In this document: positions 1 through 13,491 of the stretch, one piece after another
Layout: every line of letters starts with the position of its first letter
Position numbering within the stretch: position 1 is the stretch's first letter
From: Eledone cirrhosa
Taxonomy: Eukaryota
Assembly: GCA_964016885.1 (NCBI GenBank)
Contig: OZ024740.1
Coordinates: 431,644,001-431,708,000, forward strand
Reading direction: 5' to 3'
DNA: 64,000 nucleotides
Program-made: the position numbers and the translations under genes
Notes under the pieces: model-generated
The model's database searches: none
Seen by the model: only the letters and a program-made list of their open reading frames with translations
Told to the model about the DNA's origin: nothing

Positions 1-161
1 CGAAGTTTCTGGTACAAGCTAGAGATTCTTCAAATCTTCGGGGGGAATTTCTTCCTCAGGGCGCGTAGGGATACATCCTCTTCTACTGGCGCTGATTGGC
101 TGAACTGAGCCAAATCACGCACAGAGAATGTATGTGAGCCCGCGGAATGTAGGTCACTACG
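1..161 (-). repeat. 3' LTR (partial)
   Basis: 159/161 identity to 2133-2293. Confidence 0.85.
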
Positions 162-1914
162 TCACCTCCAACCAGATTTTCAGCCGAAAATCGATAACGA
201 AGAAACCAAGGATCCACATATTATTGAATCAGCAAGAACAAATGCTGAAAGAGCACATCAGCGAAAAAAAAATTGAGCGGAAGGTTGCATGCAAAAACAA
301 AAAATGAGGCGCTACGGGCCGTGTTGAGCCGCTGTGTCAAATGACCAATTGTTTTGTTGTTTATACGTGACCGCCAAAGGTCTAACAAAAAACGGACAAA
401 GTCTGACATGGGCGAAGTTGCTGTTCTTGCATTAAATGTTAATGGTAAGCGTTGTACCAGTAGCTGTGAACGAAGCTATTATGGTAGTTTACCAGTGCTG
501 GCGAGAAAATGATGGCCCGCAGATGTATTGTCGAATGTGCTGTGGAGCCAGGAAAAAATGGCTGGTTGCTTTGTAAAGAACAAAAGGCAAGTTTAATTTG
601 TAGGTGGGTTGCAGTGTAAATTCCATAATTTGGGCGAATCCACAGAAGTGGCCGAAATGCTAACAAGTCCAGTTCAATTTGTTGCTTTCCCAGCGAGTCG
701 GGCAAAAACAACAAGACGGATGGCCGTCATGGACGATCAGTGTGCAACGAGATGCGAAGCTGTTTGAGTTCAGCGGCAATTAGTATTCTCGTGTTGCGGT
801 GACTGTTTGAATCCAGTGGATTAAGCTCTGTGAGCTGCCAGCATCTCAACCAGGTGAAAAGGGACTCGCAGAATATTACGTTTGAAGAACATATACCAAG
901 AACAACATGTTGGTGTGTGATAAAAAAAATGTGTGCATATGCAGGCATGTAAAACAGCAAAGAATGTGAATGAACAAAAACCATGAGCAAGCAAATAGCA
1001 AAAGAGCACAAAACAAGTAAATGCATTCTACAAAGAAATATGTGAATGTAACAAACTGATAATTCAAAGTCAATCTAGGGGAGCAGAGAAATTGCTCAAT
1101 AAGTTCAAAGTTTTTCAAAGTCAAATAGTTCACACATCACCAGTGTACAGACACTAGTTCTATCTGAAAACTGAAAAAGAAGTTTGTTAATGCCGTTAGG
1201 GGTTAGATGTATGGTGTTTTTGTGAGATTTCGTGGCCATTTTCCCGTCCCGCCACACGGTTGTGTTGCTTATTGTTAAAGCAAAGTCAAAGAATCTTCTG
1301 TAGAGTAAGAGTCACCAAATATGGCAGTCACGTCTGACGCCATAATGGTGAGAAAACGACTGTCTCAATTTCACGCGTCCCTGTGGTAACGAGACAGAAG
1401 GTATGGTGGTTGCGTCGGTAAAGTTACAAGCCGTTTTGAAATTTCCGATGTGTGGTGGTTGGCGTTGGTAAGGTTATGAAGCTGCCACTCACTGTTCCCT
1501 GTATTGGTCAGTGGTTAAACAACGCTGTCGCTGCTGCTGTCATTGTTGTTGTCAAGCGTAGCCATGACATGTCGGTAGCCATCTTGAAATTTTTTCGTGG
1601 CGAAAAAGTTTTTGAAATACTGCTAATTTTTCAAAAATCTTAAAAGGAATATTCTGGATTTTCGCAAGTTGCGACGTGGCAATAAAAGTTAAACTGAATG
1701 AATAAGAAGGGCTGCGTGACATTCTTACGTCGGTCACCACTTTAGCAGTATTGGTTATAGATGTTATCGCCGGTTTAGCAGGGTGGTAGAATCAGTGGTC
1801 GTTAGTTGCCAGTGTGGTAAGTGATAGTATCCTCGTTGGATTATCTTGTTGACATAGACGTGAGGGAAGGTCCCTCGATCTATTTACCATCTATTTACAA
1901 TATTCCTTTCGTCA

Positions 1915-1922
1915 GGGCGCCA
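1915..1922 (-). promoter_or_regulatory. Putative primer-binding site (tRNA-Lys-like, 8-nt match)
   Basis: TGGCGCCC equals the first 8 nt of canonical tRNA-Lys PBSs; the match does not extend further. Confidence 0.5.
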
Positions 1923-1923
1923 A

Positions 1924-2293
1924 TACCAGCAGCATGGATTAAAGATGTTATTTAGACACGAGTAACATAACAACGACTTCAACCGCAGTAATTAGAGATG
2001 AAATGTTTGTTTATTTATATGGTTGAAGTTACAGATACAAAGAGGTTACAAAATGGAATGTGCCATTGCGCCGTTAAGCCGGCGAGGCTAGTGGTGCAAT
2101 ATCTCACTGTTACATTATGCGTGTTGCTGGCTCGAAGTTTCTGGTACAAGCTAGAGATTCTTCAAATCTTCGCGGGGAATTTCTTCCTCAGGGCGCGTAG
2201 GGATACATCCTCTTCTACTGGCGCTGATTGGCTGAACTGAGCCAAATCACGCACAGAGAATGTATGTGAGCCCGCGGAATGTAGGTCACTACA
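1924..2293 (-). repeat. 5' LTR (~370 bp; inner boundary inferred from the PBS)
   Basis: TG start at 2293, CCAAT box (CAGCCAATCAG, ~2224-2234), AATAAA at 2015-2010, followed by a PBS-like motif. Confidence 0.65.
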
Positions 2294-4888
2294 GTACCAT
2301 TGCTTAGTATTATATATAGGAGGGGACTAATCTTACCAGTTGTTAGTATAATATATAGGAAAGGACTTACCTTACCATTGGTTAGTATTATATATAGCAG
2401 AGGAGTATTCCTACCAGTTGTTAGTATTATATATAGGAGAGGACTTATCTTACCAGTTGTTAGTATTATATATAGGAGGGTACTTATCTTACCAATTGTT
2501 AGTATTATATATAGGAGAGGACTTATCTTACCATTGGTTAGTATTATATATAGGAGGGGACTTGTGTTACCAGTTGTTATATTATATATAGGAGAGGACT
2601 TATCTTACCAGTTGTTAGTATTATATACAGGAGAGGATTTACCGTACCATTGCTTAGTATTATATATAGGAGAGGTCTTATCTTACCTGTTGTTAGTAAT
2701 ATATATAGAAGAGGACTTACTTTATATTGGTTAGTATTATATATAGGCAAGGACTTATCTTACCAGTTGTTAGTATTATATATAGGAGAGGACTTAGCTT
2801 ACCATTGGTTAGTATTATATATAGGAGGGGACTTATCTTACCAGTTGTTAGTATATTATATAGGAGAGGACTTATCTTAATATTGGTTAGTATTATATAT
2901 AGGAGAGGATTTACGGTAACATTGGTTAGTATTATATCCTAAAGTTATTACTTATTTTACATTGGTTAGTATTATATATAGGCGAGGACGTATCTTACCA
3001 GTTGTTAGAATTATATATAGGAGAGGACTTATTTACCAGTGGTTAGTATTATATATAGGAGAGGACTTATCTTACCAGTTGTTAGTATTATATATAGGAG
3101 AGGATTTATCTTACCAGTTGTTAGTATAATATATAGGAGAAGACTTATCTTACCATTGGTTAGTATTATATATAGGAGAGGAGTTATCCTACCAGTTGTT
3201 AGTATTATATATAGGAGAGGACTTATTTTACATTGGTTAGTATTATATATAGGTATTACTTATTTTACATTGGTTAGTATTATATATAGGCGAGGACGTA
3301 TCTTACCAGTTGTTAGAATTATATATAGGAGAGGACTTATTTACCAGTGGTTAGTATTATATATAGGAGAGGACTTATCTTACCAGTTGTTAGTATTATA
3401 TATAGGAGAGGATTTATCTTACCAGTTGTTAGTATAATATATAGGAGAAGACTTATCTTACCATTGGTTAGTATTATATATAGGAGAGGAGTTATCCTAC
3501 CAGTTGTTAGTATTATATATAGGAGAGGAGTTATCATACCAGTTGTTAGTATTATACATAGGAGAGGACTTAGTATTATATATAGGAGGGGACTTATCTT
3601 ACCAGTTGTTAGTATTATATATAGGAGAGGACGTATCTGACCAGTTGTTAGTATTATATATAGGAGAGGACTTATCTTACCAGTGGTTACTATTATATAT
3701 AGGAGAGGACTATCTTACCAGTTGTTAGTATTATAGATAGGAGAGGATTTACCGTACCTTTGGTTAGTATTATATATAGTAGAGGAATTATCTTACCATT
3801 GGTTAGTATTATATATAGGAGGGGACTTATGTTACCAGTTGTTATATTATATATAGGAGTGGACTTATCTTACCATTTGTTAGTATTATATATAGGAGAG
3901 GACTTATCTTACCATTGGTTAGTATTATATCTAGGAGGGGACTTATCTTACCAGTTGTTAGTATTATATATAGGAGAGGACTTATTTTACATTGGTTAGT
4001 ATTATATATAGGTATTACTTATTTTACATTGGTTAGTATTATATATAGGCGAGGACGTATCTTACCAGTTGTTAGAATTATATATAGGAGAGGACTTATT
4101 TACCAGTGGTTAGTATTATATATAGGAGAGGACTTATCTTACCAGTTGTTAGTATTATATATAGGAGAGGATTTATCTTACCAGTTGTTAGTATAATATA
4201 TAGAAGACTTATCTTACCATTGGTTAGTATTATATATAGGAGAGGAGTTATCCTACCAGTTGTTAGTATTATATATAGGAGAGGAGTTATCATACCAGTT
4301 GTTAGTATTATACATAGGAGAGGACTTAGTATTATATATAGGAGGGGACTTATCTTACCAGTTGTTAGTATTATATATAGGAGAGGACGTATCTGACCAG
4401 TTGTTAGTATTATATATAGGAGAGGACTTATCTTACCAGTGGTTACTATTATATATAGGAGAGGACTATCTTACCAGTTGTTAGTATTATAGATAGGAGA
4501 GGATTTACCGTACCTTTGGTTAGTATTATATATAGTAGAGGAATTATCTTACCATTGGTTAGTATTATATATAGGAGGGGACTTATGTTACCAGTTGTTA
4601 TATTATATATAGGAGTGGACTTATCTTACCATTTGTTAGTATTATATATAGGAGAGGACTTATCTTACCATTGGTTAGTATTATATCTAGGAGGGGACTT
4701 ATCTTACCAGTTGTTAGTATTATATATAGGAGAGGGCTATCTTACCAGTTGTTAGTATTATATACAGGAGAGAATTTGCCGTACCAGTTGTTAGTATTAT
4801 ATATAGGAGAGGACTTATTTTACATTGGTTAGTATTATATATAGGCGAGGACGTATCTTACCAGTTGTTAGTATTATATATAGGAGAG

Positions 4889-5221
4889 ATTTCTTTATTA
4901 GCCACAAGGGCGCAACAAGAAAGGGGACAATACAAAGACATGCCGGGGATTTTACATACAGTCGTGTAAAAAATATAAAAACAAACAATTTCAACAATCG
5001 AAATCCCCAATAGGGGGTAGGCGCCACAAATGGGTTGTTTAATACCCCGTCGATAGAACAACCCTCAACTCAAGGAGCGTGTTGTGCAAGTGCTCCTTTC
5101 TTTCTTTTGCTTTCTTCCTCAACCTACAGGCTTATAAACGGAGAAGGCCCAATCACTCGGGCCATTTTCGCTTCATTCACCCACCTTTCAGTAAATTTAC
5201 TGGGGTGCAGTGCCTCTCTCC
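4889..5221 (-). mobile_element. 5'-truncated L1/Tx1-like LINE 3' end (~330 bp)
   Basis: About 98% identical to 17308-17641. Ends ...GGCTAATAAAGAAAT(C) on the minus strand and interrupts the satellite. The variant monomer CGTATCTTACC...GGAGAG flanks both sides (possible long TSD). Confidence 0.75.
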
Positions 5222-6147
5222 GTATCTTACCAGTTGTTAGTATTATATATAGGAGAGGACTTATCTTACCAGTTGTTAGTAAAATATATAGGAGAGGACT
5301 TACCTTACCATTGGTTAGTATTATATATAGCAGAGGAGTTATCCTACCAGTTGTTAGTATTATATATAGGAAAGGACTTATCTTACCAGTTGTTAGTATT
5401 ACATACAGGAGAGGATTTACCGTACCATTGCTTAGTATTATATATAGGAGGGGAATTATCTTACCAGTTGTTAGTATTATATATAGGAGAGGACTTATCT
5501 TACCAGTTGTTAGTATAATATATAGGCGAGGACTTATCTTACCAGTTGTTAGTATTATACATAGGAGAGGATTTACCTTACCATTGGTTAGTGTTATACA
5601 TAGGAGAGGACTTATCTTACCATTGGTTAGTATTATATATAGGAGGGGACTTATGTTACCAGTTGTTATATTATATATAGGAGAGGACTTATGTTACCAG
5701 TTGTTATATTATATATAGGAGAGGACTTATCTTACCATTTGTTAGTATTATATATAGGAGAGGACTTATCTTACCATTGGTTAGTATTATATATAGGAGA
5801 GGACTTATCTTACCATTGGTTAGTATTATATATAGGAGGGGACTTATCTTACCAGTTGTTAGTATTATATATAGGAGGGGACTTATCTTACCAGTTGTTA
5901 GTATTATATATAGGAGAGGACTTATTTACCAGTTGTTAGTATTATATATAGGAGAGGACTTATCTTACCATTGGTTAGTATTATATATAGGAGGGGACTT
6001 ATCTTACCAGTTGTTAGTATAATATATAGGAGAGGACTAATCTTACCATTGGTTAGTATTATATATAGGAGAGGACTTATCTTACCATTGGTTAGTATTA
6101 TATATAGGCGGGTACTTATCTTACCAGTTGTTAATATTATACATACA

Positions 6148-6335
6148 AGGGCGGTGAATTGGCAGTATCGGTAGAGGGTTGGACGCCATGCTTTGACGCA
6201 TAGAGTTACGGCCCTTGCCATTCTGAGTTCAAATCCCGCCGAGGTTAACTTTGCCTTTCATCCTTATGGGGTCGATAAAATAAAGTACCAGTAATGTACT
6301 GGATAATTGCTGGCCTTGTGCCAAAAGTAGAAACA
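6148..6335 (+). mobile_element. tRNA-derived SINE (family A) with 15-bp TSD
   Basis: A-box-like TGGCAGTATCGG, B-box GAGTTCAAATCC, core AACTTTGCCTTTCATCCTT..GGGGTCGATAAAATAAAGTACC; TSD AATATTATACATACA at 6133-6147 and 6336-6350. Confidence 0.9.
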
Positions 6336-9300
6336 AATATTATACATACATAGGAGAGGGCTTATCTTACAATTAGTTAGTATTATATATAGGAGAGGAT
6401 TTACCGTACCATTGGTTAGTATTATATATAGGAGAGGACTTATTTTACATTGGTTAGTATTATATATAGGCTAGGACTTATCTTACCAGTTGTTGGTATT
6501 ATAGATAGGAGAGGATTTAACGTACCATTGGTTAGTATTATATATAGGAGAGGACTTATCTTACCATTGGTTAGTATTATATATAGGAGGGGACTTATGT
6601 TACCAGTTGTTATATTATATATAGGAGAGGACTTATCTTACCATTTGTTAGTATTATATATAGGAGAGGACTTATCTTACCATTGGTTAGTATTATATAT
6701 AGGAGAGGACTTATCTTACCATTGGTGAGTATTATATATAGGAGGGGATATCTTACAAGTTGTTAGTATTATATATAGGAGAGAACTATCTTACCGGTTG
6801 TTAGTATTATATATAGGAGAGGATTTACCGTACCATTGCTTAGTATTATATATAGGAGGGGACTTATCTTACCAGTTGTTAGTATTATATATAGGACAGG
6901 ACTTATCTTACCATTCGTTATATTATATATAGGAGAGTTTTAACCGTACCATTGGTTAGTATTGTATATAGGAGAGGTCTTATCTTACCAGTTGTTAGTA
7001 ATATATATAGGAGAGGACTTATTTTACATTGGTTAGTATTATATATAGGAGTGGACTTATCTTACCAGTTGTTAGTATTATATATAGTAGAGGACTTATC
7101 TTACCATTGTTTAGTATTATATATAGTAGGGGACTTATGTTACCAGTTGTTATATTATATATAGGAGAGGACTTATCTTACCATTTGTTAGTATTATATA
7201 TAGGAGAGGACTTATCTTACCATTGGTTAGTATTATATCTAGGAGGGACATATCTTACTAGTTGTTAGTATTATATATAGGAGAGGACTATCTTACCAGT
7301 TGTTAGTATTATATACAGGAGAGGATTTACCGTACCATTGGTTAGTATTATATATAGGAGAGGAGTTATCCTACCAGTTGTTAGTATTATATGTAGGAGA
7401 GGACTTATTTTACATTGGTTAGTATTATATATAGGAGAGAAGTATCTTACCAGTTGTTAGTATTATATATAGGAGAGGACTTATCTTACCAGTGGTTACT
7501 ATTATATATAGGAGAGGACTATCTTACCAGTTGTTAGTATTATAGATAGATGATTTACCGTACCATTGGTTAGTATTATATATAAGAGAGGACTTATCGT
7601 ACCATTGGTTAGTATTATATATAGGAGGGGACTTATCTTACCAGTTGTTATATTATATATAGGAGAGGACTTATCTTACCATTTGTTAGTATTATATATA
7701 GGAGAGGATTTATCCTACCATTGGTTAGTATTATATATAGGAGGGGACTTATCTTACCAGTTGTTAGTATTATATATAGGACAGGACTTATCTTACCATT
7801 CGTTAGTATTATATATAGGAGAGGACTTATCTTACCATTGGTTAGTATTATATATATGATGGGACTTATCTTACCAGTTGTTAGTATTATATATAGGAGA
7901 GGGCTTATCTTACCAGTTGTTAGTATTATAAATAGGAGAGGATTTACCGTACCATTCGTTAGTATTACATATAGGAGAGGACTTATCTTACCATTGGATA
8001 GTATTATATATAGGAGAGGACTTATCTTACCATTGGTTAGTATTATATATAGAAGGGGACTTATCTTACCAGTTGTTAGTATGTTATATAGGAGAGGACT
8101 TATCTTAATATTGGTTAGTATTATATATAGGAGAGGATTTATCGTACCATTGATTAGTATTATATATTGGAGAGGAGTTACCTTACCAGTTGTTAGTATA
8201 ATATATAGGACAGGACTTATCTTACCATTCGTTAGTATTATATATAGGAGAGGACATATTTTACATTGGTTAGTATTATATATAGGCGAGGACGTATCTT
8301 ACCAGTTGTTAGTATTATATATAGGAGAGGACTTATCTTACCAGTTGTTAGTATAATATATAGGAGAGGACTTATCTTACCATTGGTTAGTATTATATAT
8401 AGGAGAGGAGTTATCCTACCAGTTGTTAGTATTATATATAGGAGAGGACTTATCTTACCAGTTGTTAGTATATATATAGGAGAGGACTTATCTTAAAAGT
8501 GGTTAGTATTATATATAGGAGTGGACTTATCTTACCAGTTGTTAGTATAATATATAGGACAGGACTTATCTTACCATTCGTCAGTATTATATATAGGAGA
8601 GGACTTATCTTACCATTGGTTAGTATTATATGTAGGAGGGGACTTATCTTACCAGTTGTTAGTATTATATATAGGAGAGGACTTATCTTACCATTGGTTA
8701 GTATTATATATAGGAGAGGAGTTATCCTACCAGTTGTTAGTGTTATATATAGGGGACGTCTTATCTTACCAGTTGTTAGTAATATATATAGGAGAGGACT
8801 TATTTTACATTGGTTAGTATTATATATAGGCGAGGACTTATCTTACCAGTTGTTAGTATTATATATAGGAGAGGACGTATCCTATCAGTTGTTAGTATTA
8901 TATATAGGAGAGGACTTATATTACCATTTGTTAGTATTATATATAGGAGAGGACTATCTTACCAGTTGTTAGTATTATATATATAGGAGAGGATTTACCG
9001 TACCATTGCTTAGTATTATATATAGGAGGGGACTTATCTTACCAGTTGTTATATTATATATAGGAGAGGACTTATCTTACCATTTGTTAGTATTATATAT
9101 AGGAGAGGACTTATCTTACCATTGGATAGTATTATATATAGGAGAGGACTTATCTTACCATTGGTTAGTATTATATATAGAAGGGGACTTATCTTACCAG
9201 TTGTTAGTATGTTATATAGGAGAGGATTTACCGTACCATTGATTAGTATTATATATTGGAGAAGAGTTACCTTACCATTGGTTAGTATTATATAGAGGAG

Positions 9301-9725
9301 AGGACTTATCCTACCATTGGTTAGTATTATATATAAGAGGGGACTTATCTTACCAGTTATTAGTATAATATATAGGAGAGGACTTATCTTACCATTGGTT
9401 AGTATTATATATAAGAGAGGACTTATCTTACCATTGGTTAGTATTATATATAGGACGGGACTTATCTTACCAGTTGTTAGTATTATATATAGGAGAAAAC
9501 GTATCTTACCATTAGTTAGTATTATATATGAGAGGATTTACCGTACCATTGGTTAGTATTATATATAGGAGGGGACTTATCTTACCAGTTGTTAGTATAA
9601 TATATAGGAGAGGACTAATCTTACCATTGGTTAGTATTATATATAGGAGAGGACTTATCTTACCATTGGTTAGTATTATATATAGGCGGGTACTTATCTT
9701 ACCAGTTGTTAATATTATACATACA

Positions 9726-9913
9726 AGGGCGGTGAATTGGCAGTATCGGTAGAGGGTTGGACGCCATGCTTTGACGCATAGAGTTACGGCCCTTGCCATT
9801 CTGAGTTCAAATCCCGCCGAGGTTAACTTTGCCTTTCATCCTTATGGGGTCGATAAAATAAAGTACCAGTAATGTACTGGATAATTGCTGGCCTTGTGCC
9901 AAAAGTAGAAACA
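9726..9913 (+). mobile_element. tRNA-derived SINE (family A), HOR copy 2
   Basis: Same sequence and same TSD as 6148-6335. Confidence 0.9.
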
Positions 9914-12900
9914 AATATTATACATACATAGGAGAGGGCTTATCTTACAATTAGTTAGTATTATATATAGGAGAGGATTTACCGTACCATTGGTTAGTAT
10001 TATATATAGGAGAGGACTTATTTTACATTGGTTAGTATTATATATAGGCTAGGACTTATCTTACCAGTTGTTCGTATTATAGATAGGAGAGGATTTAACG
10101 TACCATTGGTTAGTATTATATATAGGAGAGGACTTATCTTACCATTGGTTAGTATTATATATAGGAGGGGACTTATGTTACCAGTTGTTATATTATATAT
10201 AGGAGAGGACTTATCTTACCATTTGTTAGTATTATATATAGGAGAGGACTTATCTTACCATTGGTTAGTATTATATATAGGAGAGGACTTATCTTACCAT
10301 TGGTGAGTATTATATATAGGAGGGGATATCTTACAAGTTGTTAGTATTATATATAGGAGAGAACTATCTTACCGGTTGTTAGTATTATATATAGGAGAGG
10401 ATTTACCGTACCATTGCTTAGTATTATATATAGGAGGGGACTTATCTTACCAGTTGTTAGTATTATATATAGGACAGGACTTATCTTACCATTCGTTATA
10501 TTATATATAGGAGAGTTTTAACCGTACCATTGGTTAGTATTGTATATAGGAGAGGTCTTATCTTACCAGTTGTTAGTAATATATATAGGAGAGGACTTAT
10601 TTTACATTGGTTAGTATTATATATAGGAGTGGACTTATCTTACCAGTTGTTAGTATTATATATAGTAGAGGACTTATCTTACCATTGTTTAGTATTATAT
10701 ATAGTAGGGGACTTATGTTACCAGTTGTTATATTATATATAGGAGAGGACTTATCTTACCATTTGTTAGTATTATATATAGGAGAGGACTTATCTTACCA
10801 TTGGTTAGTATTATATCTAGGAGGGACATATCTTACTAGTTGTTAGTATTATATATAGGAGAGGACTATCTTACCAGTTGTTAGTATTATATACAGGAGA
10901 GGATTTACCGTACCATTGGTTAGTATTATATATAGGAGAGGAGTTATCCTACCAGTTGTTAGTATTATATGTAGGAGAGGACTTATTTTACATTGGTTAG
11001 TATTATATATAGGAGAGAAGTATCTTACCAGTTGTTAGTATTATATATAGGAGAGGACTTATCTTACCAGTGGTTACTATTATATATAGGAGAGGACTAT
11101 CTTACCAGTTGTTAGTATTATAGATAGATGATTTACCGTACCATTGGTTAGTATTATATATAAGAGAGGACTTATCGTACCATTGGTTAGTATTATATAT
11201 AGGAGGGGACTTATCTTACCAGTTGTTATATTATATATAGGAGAGGACTTATCTTACCATTTGTTAGTATTATATATAGGAGAGGATTTATCCTACCATT
11301 GGTTAGTATTATATATAGGAGGGGACTTATCTTACCAGTTGTTAGTATTATATATAGGACAGGACTTATCTTACCATTCGTTAGTATTATATATAGGAGA
11401 GGACTTATCTTACCATTGGTTAGTATTATATATATGATGGGACTTATCTTACCAGTTGTTAGTATTATATATAGGAGAGGGCTTATCTTACCAGTTGTTA
11501 GTATTATAAATAGGAGAGGATTTACCGTACCATTCGTTAGTATTACATATAGGAGAGGACTTATCTTACCATTGGATAGTATTATATATAGGAGAGGACT
11601 TATCTTACCATTGGTTAGTATTATATATAGAAGGGGACTTATCTTACCAGTTGTTAGTATGTTATATAGGAGAGGACTTATCTTAATATTGGTTAGTATT
11701 ATATATAGGAGAGGATTTATCGTACCATTGATTAGTATTATATATTGGAGAGGAGTTACCTTACCAGTTGTTAGTATAATATATAGGACAGGACTTATCT
11801 TACCATTCGTTAGTATTATATATAGGAGAGGACATATTTTACATTGGTTAGTATTATATATAGGCGAGGACGTATCTTACCAGTTGTTAGTATTATATAT
11901 AGGAGAGGACTTATCTTACCAGTTGTTAGTATAATATATAGGAGAGGACTTATCTTACCATTGGTTAGTATTATATATAGGAGAGGAGTTATCCTACCAG
12001 TTGTTAGTATTATATATAGGAGAGGACTTATCTTACCAGTTGTTAGTATATATATAGGAGAGGACTTATCTTAAAAGTGGTTAGTATTATATATAGGAGT
12101 GGACTTATCTTACCAGTTGTTAGTATAATATATAGGACAGGACTTATCTTACCATTCGTCAGTATTATATATAGGAGAGGACTTATCTTACCATTGGTTA
12201 GTATTATATGTAGGAGGGGACTTATCTTACCAGTTGTTAGTATTATATATAGGAGAGGACTTATCTTACCATTGGTTAGTATTATATATAGGAGAGGAGT
12301 TATCCTACCAGTTGTTAGTGTTATATATAGGGGACGTCTTATCTTACCAGTTGTTAGTAATATATATAGGAGAGGACTTATTTTACATTGGTTAGTATTA
12401 TATATAGGCGAGGACTTATCTTACCAGTTGTTAGTATTATATATAGGAGAGGACGTATCCTATCAGTTGTTAGTATTATATATAGGAGAGGACTTATATT
12501 ACCATTTGTTAGTATTATATATAGGAGAGGACTATCTTACCAGTTGTTAGTATTATATATATAGGAGAGGATTTACCGTACCATTGCTTAGTATTATATA
12601 TAGGAGGGGACTTATCTTACCAGTTGTTATATTATATATAGGAGAGGACTTATCTTACCATTTGTTAGTATTATATATAGGAGAGGACTTATCTTACCAT
12701 TGGATAGTATTATATATAGGAGAGGACTTATCTTACCATTGGTTAGTATTATATATAGAAGGGGACTTATCTTACCAGTTGTTAGTATGTTATATAGGAG
12801 AGGATTTACCGTACCATTGATTAGTATTATATATTGGAGAAGAGTTACCTTACCATTGGTTAGTATTATATAGAGGAGAGGACTTATCCTACCATTGGTT

Positions 12901-13303
12901 AGTATTATATATAAGAGGGGACTTATCTTACCAGTTATTAGTATAATATATAGGAGAGGACTTATCTTACCATTGGTTAGTATTATATATAAGAGAGGAC
13001 TTATCTTACCATTGGTTAGTATTATATATAGGACGGGACTTATCTTACCAGTTGTTAGTATTATATATAGGAGAAAACGTATCTTACCATTAGTTAGTAT
13101 TATATATGAGAGGATTTACCGTACCATTGGTTAGTATTATATATAGGAGGGGACTTATCTTACCAGTTGTTAGTATAATATATAGGAGAGGACTAATCTT
13201 ACCATTGGTTAGTATTATATATAGGAGAGGACTTATCTTACCATTGGTTAGTATTATATATAGGCGGGTACTTATCTTACCAGTTGTTAATATTATACAT
13301 ACA

Positions 13304-13491
13304 AGGGCGGTGAATTGGCAGTATCGGTAGAGGGTTGGACGCCATGCTTTGACGCATAGAGTTACGGTCCTTGCCATTCTGAGTTCAAATCCCGCCGAGG
13401 TTAACTTTGCCTTTCATCCTTATGGGGTCGATAAAATAAAGTACCAGTAATGTACTGGATAATTGCTGGCCTTGTGCCAAAAGTAGAAACA
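13304..13491 (+). mobile_element. tRNA-derived SINE (family A), HOR copy 3
   Basis: Same TSD; one substitution seen (GGTCC vs GGCCC). Confidence 0.9.

Larger units (their letters stand above)
1..2293 (-). mobile_element. Non-autonomous LTR retroelement (TRIM/LARD-like); left LTR truncated by the window edge
   Basis: 1-161 is a direct repeat of 2133-2293 (2 mismatches). On the minus strand the LTR starts TGTAGTG at 2293. PBS-like TGGCGCCC at 1922-1915, purine-rich GGTTGGAGGTGA immediately before the left LTR, AATAAA at 2015-2010. The ~1.75 kb interior has no recognisable gag/pol ORF. Confidence 0.75.

Noticed and set aside
1196-1206. Telomere-like TTAGGGGTTAG
   Set aside because: Under two units; compatible with chance
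221-1740. gag/pol remnants in the LTR interior
   Set aside because: The short ORFs show no CCHC, protease, RT or integrase motifs that I could recognise
6148-6335. tRNA gene
   Set aside because: A/B boxes are followed by a SINE body and flanked by a TSD; no complete cloverleaf
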